IMG/VR virus record: IMGVR_UViG_3300023212_000371
Location: 121,051-185,050 of that record
Reading direction: 5' to 3' (one strand)
Source: a virus
Length of the DNA: 64,000 nt
Both the position numbers and the translations under genes were made by a program. Within the stretch, counting starts at the first letter, position 1; every line of letters starts with the position of its first letter. The notes under the pieces are model-generated. The model had not been told where the DNA came from. It did not search any database and worked only from the letters and a program-made list of their open reading frames with translations. Below are positions 56,492-64,000 of the stretch, in pieces.

Positions 56492-56821
56492 TTGAAGGAG
56501 CACGTAATGAAGTATTTGTTAATGTTATGTATGCTATTAAGTTTGACAAGTTGTGTGGTAGTTGGCCCCGCTGATGTTTACACAGATGAGTGTGTAGTTT
56601 TTCATGATGATCTTGGAGAGCGAGAAGTTTGTGGAGTTCGTTATTATCGAACTCCCAAAGGCGATCTCTATTATTATGATGAGCGCTTCTCTATTTGGGT
56701 CGGCCCGAGAGGGTTTTATCGGGGCGGGATTTATTATTTTGGAATCCATCCGGGCTATCGCGAATATTACGGCCCTAACTGGTATTATCCTCACGGCTAT
56801 TTCCGCTACAGAATTCGATGA
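56492..56821 (+). CDS. Putative lipoprotein with Tyr/Gly/Pro-rich tail
   Basis: LLSLTSC lipobox. Confidence 0.55.
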   Translation: MKEHVMKYLLMLCMLLSLTSCVVVGPADVYTDECVVFHDDLGEREVCGVRYYRTPKGDLYYYDERFSIWVGPRGFYRGGIYYFGIHPGYREYYGPNWYYPHGYFRYRIR

Positions 56822-57114
56822 TCTTGATCTATATTCTTGCCATTTTTGGACTTAATTTTGCTATTCGTCAAACAAGCGGGCCTTATGGAAGCATTGCTTG
56901 GCTTCGCAATAAGTTAATGTCCAATAGGCATTTAGGCGTCCTTTTTTACCAACTCTTAGAATGCTCGTTTTGTAGTGGGTTTTGGTGTGGAATTGTGATA
57001 TGCCTGCTCCAAGGAGAAATACATATTAATCAACTTATTGTGTGGGGTTTGGCAGGCGCAACTATCAGTCTTATCTTAGATGCAACATTGACCAAATTGT
57101 GGTACGAAAAATGA
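56818..57114 (+). CDS. Membrane protein (DUF1360-like)
   Basis: LLECSFCSGFW plus TM segments. Confidence 0.6.
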   Translation: MILIYILAIFGLNFAIRQTSGPYGSIAWLRNKLMSNRHLGVLFYQLLECSFCSGFWCGIVICLLQGEIHINQLIVWGLAGATISLILDATLTKLWYEK

Positions 57115-57719
57115 TCCAACAGTTTTGGGATAGGTGTTCTCTTTGTCCGGTATGTCATAACCGCCGAGTTCTTAGGGCTTCTGTTGGCCCGGATCGTTTC
57201 TTTCGAGACACTTCTTTTCAAAAAGAAGATAATGTTTTTCGGATCAAAACCTATTATAAATGGAAAGATTTGAGATATTGTATTCATTTTGATATTGATT
57301 GTTTGACCAACACATTTACCGCTTCCTTTGAGGATCAATCAGATCAGTCAATGGATGCCGCTATGAGTTTGGAAGATGAGAAATTATTCAAGAGAGTAGA
57401 TTATGCTCGACCTTATTTTTGGATTGATGGAAATTGTCATCATTGCGAAAGAACAGCCATTCATACTACCGATATCATTCTTGATATGAGAACTATGCAA
57501 CTAATACATAATGATATTGGAATCGAAAGAGAACTTATTTATGTTATGAATCAATATGAAATAATTTTGCGCCCGCTTCAAAAGGAAATGGATATTGGCA
57601 AGCTAATAGACGGTGGTATAAAAATGAGCCAATACTTAACATGTCCTTTAGTAGATATCGATTTTTCTAATCCCGAACAAGCATTAAAGCGAGTAGAAAC
57701 TTTATTAGTGTTTGGATGA
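57111..57719 (+). CDS. Hypothetical protein
   Basis: ORF with CPVC and CHHC pairs; ATGA overlap. Confidence 0.6.
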   Translation: MIQQFWDRCSLCPVCHNRRVLRASVGPDRFFRDTSFQKEDNVFRIKTYYKWKDLRYCIHFDIDCLTNTFTASFEDQSDQSMDAAMSLEDEKLFKRVDYARPYFWIDGNCHHCERTAIHTTDIILDMRTMQLIHNDIGIERELIYVMNQYEIILRPLQKEMDIGKLIDGGIKMSQYLTCPLVDIDFSNPEQALKRVETLLVFG

Positions 57720-57722
57720 GAT

Positions 57723-58055
57723 ATGTTTCGATCCTTTGACTGGAAATATCTGGATTATGATCCAACAACAAATCAATCTCGATACGAAATTATTTTTGTA
57801 GATGATGATTTTATCGAGACCACAATCGCTGCCTCCATTGCAGACTATGTCGTTGTCACCGTTTCCATCGCCCTAATCGATATTTACTCTCGAAGAAATC
57901 TCAATGTAGCTGGTAATCTAGTTTTGCTGATGCAATATATAGAAAATAAACGGTCATGGGCAGATATTAAATGGCAAATCGAGGAATACCAAAAATGCAT
58001 TCCAGAATATCAAAAATACCATGATCAAGTAATGGACTATCTAGTATTCATGTGA
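57723..58055 (+). CDS. ~110-aa multicopy family protein, copy 7
   Basis: Family motifs. Confidence 0.8.
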   Translation: MFRSFDWKYLDYDPTTNQSRYEIIFVDDDFIETTIAASIADYVVVTVSIALIDIYSRRNLNVAGNLVLLMQYIENKRSWADIKWQIEEYQKCIPEYQKYHDQVMDYLVFM

Positions 58056-58067
58056 GAAAGAAGTAAA

Positions 58068-58403
58068 ATGTTTCAATCTTTTGATTGGAGATATCTGGGT
58101 TATAATCTAAAAACAAATCAATCTCAATACGAAACTACTTTCGTAGATGATGATTTTATCGAAACAGTCGTCGTTTCCTTCATCAGCACCATCAATGACG
58201 GATCTTCCCTCGCCGCTGTTCTGATTGATATTTACTCTCAAAGAAATCTCAATGTAGCGGGCAATCTTGTGTTGTTAATGCAATATATAGAAAATAAATG
58301 GCCATGGATAGATATTAAGTGGCAAATCGAGCGTTATCAAAAAGAAGTTCCTGAATACCAGAAATACCACGATCAAGTAATGGATTATCTAATATTCATG
58401 TAG
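58068..58403 (+). CDS. ~110-aa multicopy family protein, copy 8
   Basis: Family motifs. Confidence 0.8.
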   Translation: MFQSFDWRYLGYNLKTNQSQYETTFVDDDFIETVVVSFISTINDGSSLAAVLIDIYSQRNLNVAGNLVLLMQYIENKWPWIDIKWQIERYQKEVPEYQKYHDQVMDYLIFM

Positions 58404-58413
58404 AAGTTGTTAT

Positions 58414-58433
58414 ATTGCTCGGTACGCCGAGAC
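58414..58433. repeat. Dispersed 20-bp hairpin, copy 6
   Basis: ATTGCTCGG-TACG-CCGAGAC, identical to copy 3. Confidence 0.8.
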
Positions 58434-58455
58434 GGTTAAAACAGAGGTTGATAAA

Positions 58456-59103
58456 ATGGCACTTAAAATTGTTGCAATATCTGATACGCATTCTTATCAT
58501 CGCAAGATTAGCGTGCCTGATGGTGATGTTCTAGTTTTTGCGGGCGACATAACGTGGAAAGGTGAATTAGATATTATTGCTGATTTTGTCAATTGGCTTC
58601 GAGAATTACCCCACAAACATAAGTGCGTGATATTTGGCAACCATGAATTAGGATTTCAACATGGTTTTAAACGGATTCCTGCTATCAATATGATCAAAGA
58701 GGCGGGAGCACATTATCTTGAGGATAGCGGGGTTGAAATTGAAGGGAAACTTTTTTGGGGTAGCCCATGGCAGCCATGGTTTCACGATTGGGAATGGAAT
58801 TTACCACGAGGAGAAAAATTGGCCAAAAGATGGGCTATGATACCTAAGGAAACTAACGTTTTGTTGTGCCATGGCCCTCCATTCGGCATTGGTAGTTTGG
58901 ACTTGCTAGATTCTGGCGAGAGGGTTGGTTGTGAAGAGCTGACTAAAAGAATAAAAACTCTTCCAGAATTGGAATTATTTGTGTGCGGTCATATTCATTC
59001 GGGATACTCTAAGCACATAGAAAATAATGTTACTTTTGTGAATGCTGCTAGTTGCGACGAACAGTATAATCCAATTAATCCTCCGATTATTGTGGATTTA
59101 TGA
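58456..59103 (+). CDS. Calcineurin-like metallophosphoesterase
   Basis: SDTH, AGD, GNHE, HGPP, GHIH. Confidence 0.9.
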   Translation: MALKIVAISDTHSYHRKISVPDGDVLVFAGDITWKGELDIIADFVNWLRELPHKHKCVIFGNHELGFQHGFKRIPAINMIKEAGAHYLEDSGVEIEGKLFWGSPWQPWFHDWEWNLPRGEKLAKRWAMIPKETNVLLCHGPPFGIGSLDLLDSGERVGCEELTKRIKTLPELELFVCGHIHSGYSKHIENNVTFVNAASCDEQYNPINPPIIVDL

Positions 59104-59223
59104 TTTCCAATTTTGACCAGATTTGATGGCACCAATAGTGCTCTAACTAACATTGTATATTTTGGCTATTTCTTTTTGTGTTAGATCATTATTTAATGAA
59201 CCGATTGTGATTGAGGTATAAGA

Positions 59224-59571
59224 ATGAAGAAGAAAAATTATTTTATTGTAATCAGCAAGGACATCGATGATTTCGACCCGTCAACCCTCATGCCTAATCC
59301 AATTATTGTATTAGGGGCAACTAATATGGAAGCCAAATATTTCAATGATCTGTCAGGTGAAATTTCAATTGAGGTAAATGGAGATGAAGTGTTCTTTTCT
59401 TGCAGCGGCAAAATGCATCATCAGATTGCTGGGCTTCAAAAGCAAATTGCTAAAAAAGAAAAACAATTTGCACAGCATATCAGAAGCATGAAATTGGCTC
59501 TTGGAGTTATGAAAGAGGGACTAAAAGTCGCTCGCAAAGCCATCAAGAAAAACAAAAGCAATGAACTATAA
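59224..59571 (+). CDS. Hypothetical protein
   Basis: ORF with GAGG RBS. Confidence 0.55.
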   Translation: MKKKNYFIVISKDIDDFDPSTLMPNPIIVLGATNMEAKYFNDLSGEISIEVNGDEVFFSCSGKMHHQIAGLQKQIAKKEKQFAQHIRSMKLALGVMKEGLKVARKAIKKNKSNEL

Positions 59572-59749
59572 AGAATTAGCAAGAAAATGGTTGATTGAAC
59601 ACGAGCATTATGAACACGAACATTCTTTCAACGATGATTTAGAAAGCCTTTTGACATTAATTACTACGGCAGTTGATCATTATTTTGATACTTATGAAGA
59701 AATAGCGCCGACGGAATGCAAGAATTGTAAGTGTGGAAGGTTTAAATGA
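59561..59749 (+). CDS. Hypothetical protein
   Basis: Short ORF in operon. Confidence 0.45.
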   Translation: MNYKELARKWLIEHEHYEHEHSFNDDLESLLTLITTAVDHYFDTYEEIAPTECKNCKCGRFK

Positions 59750-60108
59750 TTAAATTCAAATTATTCAGTGAATACGGCAGATCCTTCAAGGAATACTTGC
59801 CAAAGAAGTGCAAAAGATTGCCATCTCCTTTCACCCTGAAACATATCAAGCCGGGGATGTTCAATAAAACGGTGATGAAAAGATTACAATCCGCTAAAGA
59901 AAACGGTATGAAAATCGCTGTTCGGAAGTATGCTGGTTATAACCTTGTCGGCATTTTAGTAATCAACGAAGAAGATCAAAAAGAACAAAAGAAGGAACTC
60001 ACTAGCCTCAAAAGAAAATATACTCGGTTGCTGAAAGATGAGAAGGTGATAGAGTTTTTGAACATCAAAGCTAAATTGTTTATATTGACTAACGGGGCGG
60101 ATTTATAA
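59746..60108 (+). CDS. Hypothetical protein
   Basis: ORF, ATGA overlap. Confidence 0.55.
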   Translation: MIKFKLFSEYGRSFKEYLPKKCKRLPSPFTLKHIKPGMFNKTVMKRLQSAKENGMKIAVRKYAGYNLVGILVINEEDQKEQKKELTSLKRKYTRLLKDEKVIEFLNIKAKLFILTNGADL

Positions 60109-60585
60109 GTGATTTTAGCCATCACCGGTCATAGACCCTCGAAATTAGGTGGATTTTCTCTCCCCAATCCAACCTATCTCAAAGTTTGTCAAGCCTTGGA
60201 TGCCAAGTTCCGAGAACTGAAGCCAGAAAAGATTATTGTAGGAATGTCACAGGGGATCGATCAATATGCAGCTTTTGTGGCTCATAAACTTGGAATACCA
60301 TTCATTGCCGCTGTTCCATTTGTGGGACAAGAAAAGATTTGGCCCGCCGCCGCGCAAAAGACCTATCACCAACTCTTGAAGTTAGCATCGAAACAAGTGA
60401 TTGTGAGTGAGGGCGGATATTCAATAGAAAAGATGATGATTAGGAATGAATGGATGGTAGATCAGGCTGATATGATTTTAGCTTGTTTTGATAAAACTAC
60501 CAAAAATGGTGGAACATATAATTGTATCCAATATGTCATTAAAAAAAGCAAACCAATTATCTTTATAGATCCCAAAGAACTTTAA
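60109..60585 (+). CDS. SLOG superfamily protein (YspA/DUF1273-like)
   Basis: AITGHRP..LGG, GMSQGIDQ, AVPF..QE..W, RNEWMVD, GGTYNC. Confidence 0.85.
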   Translation: MILAITGHRPSKLGGFSLPNPTYLKVCQALDAKFRELKPEKIIVGMSQGIDQYAAFVAHKLGIPFIAAVPFVGQEKIWPAAAQKTYHQLLKLASKQVIVSEGGYSIEKMMIRNEWMVDQADMILACFDKTTKNGGTYNCIQYVIKKSKPIIFIDPKEL

Positions 60586-60588
60586 TAA

Positions 60589-61833
60589 ATGGAAAAAATA
60601 ATGATAACTTATAAACCTAACGATTTTCGAACATATACTAAACAAGATGTAGAAAAACTTCGAGGCTCTTTTCAAATAGAATACACTGTTGCCAAAATGG
60701 GCGCCGAAAGATTATGGTGGCTTTTTAATAATCGTCCATACATCAAAGCACTTGGGGCACTAACTGGCAATCAAGCTATGCAAATGGTCAAAGCAGGATT
60801 GGAAGCTATCTATTTGAGTGGTTGGCAAGTAGCCGCCGATAATAATACTTATGGTGGCATGTATCCAGATCAATCTATTTATCCTGTCAACAGTGTTCCT
60901 AATGTGGTCAAGAAAGTTAATAATACTTTATTTCGAGCAGATCAAATTGAACATGTTGAAGGCGGTGTCAAACGACATTGGTTAGCCCCGATTATAGCTG
61001 ATGCTGAAGCTGGTTTTGGTGGATGCTTGAATTCTTTTGAATTAGCCAAGAACATGATTGAGGCAGGGGCAGCCGGCATTCATTATGAGGATCAGTTGTC
61101 GAGTGAAAAGAAATGTGGGCATTTGTCGGGCAAAGTATTGATTCCAACATCTTCCTTCATTAAACATCTTATTGCCGCCCGATTAGCAGCAGATGTTTGT
61201 GGCACTAAAACGGTATTAGTTGCTCGAACAGATGCGGATAGTGCCCAGTTTATTACTTCGGATGCGGATGAATATGACGCTCCCTTTATTGATAAGGAAA
61301 AGCGAAGTAAAGATGGCTTCTATAAGGTGATAGGCGATCCAATAGATCGTTGCGTTGCTCGTGGTTTAGCTTATGCTCCTTATGCGGATATGTTATGGAT
61401 GGAGACGAGCACGCCTTCATTGGAACAAGCTCAAAAATTTGCTGAAGGTATCCATGCTAAATATCCTGACAAACTTCTTGCCTATAATAATTCGCCGTCT
61501 TTCAATTGGAAAAAACATCTTTCCAATAAGGAAATTGCAACATTCCAAGACGAATTGGGCAAATTAGGCTATAAGTTTCAATTTATTACGTTAGCAGGCT
61601 TCCATGCACTCAATACCAGTATGTTTGAGTTAGCAGCCGGATATAAAGAGCATGGGATGAGTGCTTATGTAGAGTTGCAAGAGAAAGAGCTTGGATTGCA
61701 GGAGCTAGGATTTAGCGCAGTGAAACATCAAAGAGAAATTGGAACCGGATATTTCGACATGGTTCGCCAAGTGATCGATGGTAATTCAGAAATGTCAGCG
61801 TTAGAACATTCGACGGAAAAGAAACAATTTTGA
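60589..61833 (+). CDS. aceA: Isocitrate lyase
   Basis: [26 protein letters not shown], catalytic [25 protein letters not shown]. Confidence 0.96.
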   Translation: MEKIMITYKPNDFRTYTKQDVEKLRGSFQIEYTVAKMGAERLWWLFNNRPYIKALGALTGNQAMQMVKAGLEAIYLSGWQVAADNNTYGGMYPDQSIYPVNSVPNVVKKVNNTLFRADQIEHVEGGVKRHWLAPIIADAEAGFGGCLNSFELAKNMIEAGAAGIHYEDQLSSEKKCGHLSGKVLIPTSSFIKHLIAARLAADVCGTKTVLVARTDADSAQFITSDADEYDAPFIDKEKRSKDGFYKVIGDPIDRCVARGLAYAPYADMLWMETSTPSLEQAQKFAEGIHAKYPDKLLAYNNSPSFNWKKHLSNKEIATFQDELGKLGYKFQFITLAGFHALNTSMFELAAGYKEHGMSAYVELQEKELGLQELGFSAVKHQREIGTGYFDMVRQVIDGNSEMSALEHSTEKKQF

Positions 61834-61845
61834 GGAGATTAAATT

Positions 61846-62127
61846 ATGGAAGAGATCGTAAAATTGATTATTGATTGTACAAAGTTGGGTAACATAGTAG
61901 ATAGCGAAAGACTTTCCATTGAGAGATCTGAAAAAGAAGGAAAGGAAATGTTTAAGGTTAAGATAAGTTATTTTGAAATCTGCAATGTAAGTTTGTATCA
62001 GGCGCTTTTGGAATTGAAAAGTAAGTTAGTATCTGAAATACAAGACAGAATACAAATGACTTTGCGAGACGCAACTGATAAACTTAATACTTATTCTAAA
62101 ATGTTGGAAGAAGCGGGTTGTCAATAA
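61846..62127 (+). CDS. Hypothetical protein
   Basis: ORF with GAGGAG RBS. Confidence 0.6.
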   Translation: MEEIVKLIIDCTKLGNIVDSERLSIERSEKEGKEMFKVKISYFEICNVSLYQALLELKSKLVSEIQDRIQMTLRDATDKLNTYSKMLEEAGCQ

Positions 62128-62144
62128 GATGATATAAACAACGC

Positions 62145-62219
62145 GGCACGGTAGCCCAATTGGCAGGAGGCGGAATATTCAAAGTATTCACAGTGTCAGT
62201 TCGAATCTGATCCGTGCTA
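62145..62219 (+). tRNA. tRNA-Leu(CAA) with short variable loop
   Basis: GGCACGG/CCGTGCT; GAATA-TTCAAAG-TATTC; GTCAG-TTCGAAT-CTGAT. Confidence 0.75.
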
Positions 62220-62224
62220 CGAAT

Positions 62225-62304
62225 GGTGTTGTGTCGTAATGCGGCCGAGCAACGTTTAGATCGTTGTGCCCGAAGGCGTGTAGGTTCGAGTTCTACCAGT
62301 ACCA
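62225..62304 (+). tRNA. tRNA-Leu(TAG)
   Basis: GGTGTTG/CAGTACC; CAACG-TTTAGAT-CGTTG; variable arm GCC-CGAA-GGC; TTCGAGT. Confidence 0.8.
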
Positions 62305-62310
62305 GTAAGA

Positions 62311-63321
62311 TTAATTCACAAAATAGAAAAATTGTATTGGATTGCCACCCTTTTTATCATAATCTTCTATTAGTCGTTTTTCTCTTTTGAGAATGCCTCT
62401 TTTGTATAGTCGTTCTATAAATTTGACACTATATTGTTCAGTCATTATTGATAAATTGTTTGCAGCAAATATAGTGTTTAATGGTAATAACAATTCTTTT
62501 GCTGGCGTTGGGCCAAATTTTTGCAGAACTTTGAGTGTTAATATTTCTTTCGCAGAGGGATGCATTCTATTTTTGAAATTAGCATCTGCCAACGGCGGCA
62601 CATCAGTATAAAATCTGGCTTCTGTTTTTCTCCAAATCTCTGATTTTCTTGCCATACTTTCTGGGAAAACATTATCAATCTCTTGGAGTAGTTTTCTTGC
62701 TGCGCTATCACATGCAACGATACGTAATTTTTCATGACCATCTTTGGCTATACCCAAATGTAGAAGGCTGAAATGTTCATTATATCGTTTAGACAACATA
62801 GTAGCCAAAAACTCAACATCTTCTGGTAAAAACCCTTCGGTGCATAATCGAAGATAAAAACGATATTTGGATGCACGTGTTTTGATGTGCCCATCATCAG
62901 CAAACCAAACTGCTAATGTTAACGGAGTTAATTCAATATTTCTTGGTACCATTTTAATGATCTTGTCTTGCCATGGTTTATACCAAATATCATAGTAATA
63001 TGTGAATACAGGAAAACGACGTGTTTTTATGCTTGCCATTTCATAAATTTTATTGTTGATTAATTTTCCATTGATAGTTGGTGCAGGACAACCTCTATGG
63101 TAAATGTCTGCGGTTATATATTCATGAAATATTTCATGTTGCCATAGTAGATAGTTAATATCTTCAGCGCTTCTTTCAATAGAAAGGCTCGCGTTAGATC
63201 GTGAATTTTCCCTTCCAGCCAAGGAACCATCCCCCAACAATAATCCAGTCATTATTTCATGTTGAATGCCTGTTAATGGATGTTTCAGGGTATTAATTTC
63301 TTCTGCTGTTAATCTTGCCAC
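62311..63321 (-). CDS. LAGLIDADG homing endonuclease
   Basis: TGLLLGDG and LAVWFADDG. Confidence 0.85.
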   Translation of the reverse strand: MARLTAEEINTLKHPLTGIQHEIMTGLLLGDGSLAGRENSRSNASLSIERSAEDINYLLWQHEIFHEYITADIYHRGCPAPTINGKLINNKIYEMASIKTRRFPVFTYYYDIWYKPWQDKIIKMVPRNIELTPLTLAVWFADDGHIKTRASKYRFYLRLCTEGFLPEDVEFLATMLSKRYNEHFSLLHLGIAKDGHEKLRIVACDSAARKLLQEIDNVFPESMARKSEIWRKTEARFYTDVPPLADANFKNRMHPSAKEILTLKVLQKFGPTPAKELLLPLNTIFAANNLSIMTEQYSVKFIERLYKRGILKREKRLIEDYDKKGGNPIQFFYFVN

Positions 63322-63349
63322 ATTCAGTTATATATCAGCTTTTCAGCAG

Positions 63350-63787
63350 TTATTTTGCATAATTGGCAATTAGCCGATCATTAATCTCAAATGAAGATTT
63401 TTTCTTTTTGGGCTCGCTGACTTCAATGCTTGGATAGTGTTTTTTGACAGCTCGCCTTACTGCCTCTTGAAGTTCACCTAATGTTCCTGAATACCATAAA
63501 GGTTTGTTCTTATGTTGGTGAGACCGCGCAATAGCATTTCTAGCTTGGTTTGCATCATTAATCGGGTAGTGATCAGCATCATCAAGCACCTTAGGACTTT
63601 CTGCCGGAAATACCACTTTCCCCCTTTGCCTTACTTTTGCTTTAGGGTCGAGTTTTCTCTTCCTTTTATCAGCCGTTTTTTCCAATTCTTCAGCGGCAGA
63701 CTTTTCAAAATCAGCGACGCGCAGCAAAAGTTGATTAACTTGGGACATCAGAAACTCCGTTTGGGGACGATATATGAAATATGCCAT
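63350..63787 (-). CDS. Hypothetical protein
   Basis: ORF; YPINDANQARNAIAR; true start probably the Met of MSQVNQ. Confidence 0.6.
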   Translation of the reverse strand: MAYFIYRPQTEFLMSQVNQLLLRVADFEKSAAEELEKTADKRKRKLDPKAKVRQRGKVVFPAESPKVLDDADHYPINDANQARNAIARSHQHKNKPLWYSGTLGELQEAVRRAVKKHYPSIEVSEPKKKKSSFEINDRLIANYAK

Positions 63788-63857
63788 TCAATTGGCATAG
63801 TTAGACAAATATGGTGATGTAAATAGGCATTCAAATCGCCTTGGAATCGCCACTTCT

Positions 63858-63927
63858 GCCCCACGTGCCGGATGCACAGCAGTGTTTTCTAAACACAGCC
63901 CGCTCCGTTCAACTCGGAGGTGGGGTG
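63858..63927 (+). tRNA. tRNA-Arg(TCT), atypical D arm
   Basis: GCCCCAC/GTGGGGT; GTGT-TTTCTAA-ACAC; CTCCG-TTCAACT-CGGAG. Confidence 0.55.
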
Positions 63928-63936
63928 CTAAACTTT

Positions 63937-64000
63937 TTTCGCGTAGTTCAATGGATTAGAACATCGGTCTACGGAACCGAAAGTTGCAGGTTCAAGTCCT
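63937..64000 (+). tRNA. tRNA-Arg(ACG), truncated by window end
   Basis: GTTC/GAAC D stem; TCGGT-CTACGGA-ACCGA; GCAGG-TTCAAGT-CCT. Confidence 0.85.

Noticed and set aside
62145-62219. Opal suppressor reading (TCA anticodon)
   Set aside because: The 5-bp stem GAATA/TATTC places CAA at positions 34-36; the TCA register breaks pairing.
63858-63927. Amber suppressor reading (CTA anticodon) of this tRNA
   Set aside because: The stem GTGT/ACAC centres the loop on TCT; a CTA-centred loop cannot form a stem.
1-64000. CRISPR array
   Set aside because: No regularly spaced direct repeats; the hairpin families are dispersed over kilobases and no cas genes are recognisable.

Overview
AT-rich, gene-dense fragment that looks like part of a jumbo bacteriophage genome: mostly short co-oriented hypothetical ORFs, many free-standing homing-type endonucleases (HNH, GIY-YIG, LAGLIDADG, Zn-ribbon), nucleic-acid enzymes (5'-3' exonuclease, RNase HII, UvrD-like helicase, two adenine methyltransferases, AlkB-like dioxygenase), translation and chaperone genes (EF-Ts, Pth2, Thg1, GroES, about 6 tRNAs), and host-like metabolic genes (isocitrate lyase, RoxA-like di-heme cytochrome c, fatty-acid hydroxylase plus ferredoxin). 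Three layers of structure are not explained by the gene calls. (1) Eight dispersed paralogs of an unknown ~110-aa protein have conserved flanks around a 16-23-codon hypervariable segment that is strongly enriched in C-ending codons, resembling diversity-generating mutagenesis; no reverse transcriptase is visible in this window. (2) An IS200/IS605-derived OMEGA family is present as one IsrB element, one broken TnpB element, three ORF-less cassettes resembling TnpB guide RNAs with -10-like motifs, and three 46-bp solo hairpins. All eight right junctions lie immediately 5' of NTGA, often a start codon, and one element splits groES. (3) A 20-bp hairpin with a compensatory stem change occurs six times. 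Functions are assigned from motifs read by eye; no database search was possible, so the phage assignment and host are inferences.
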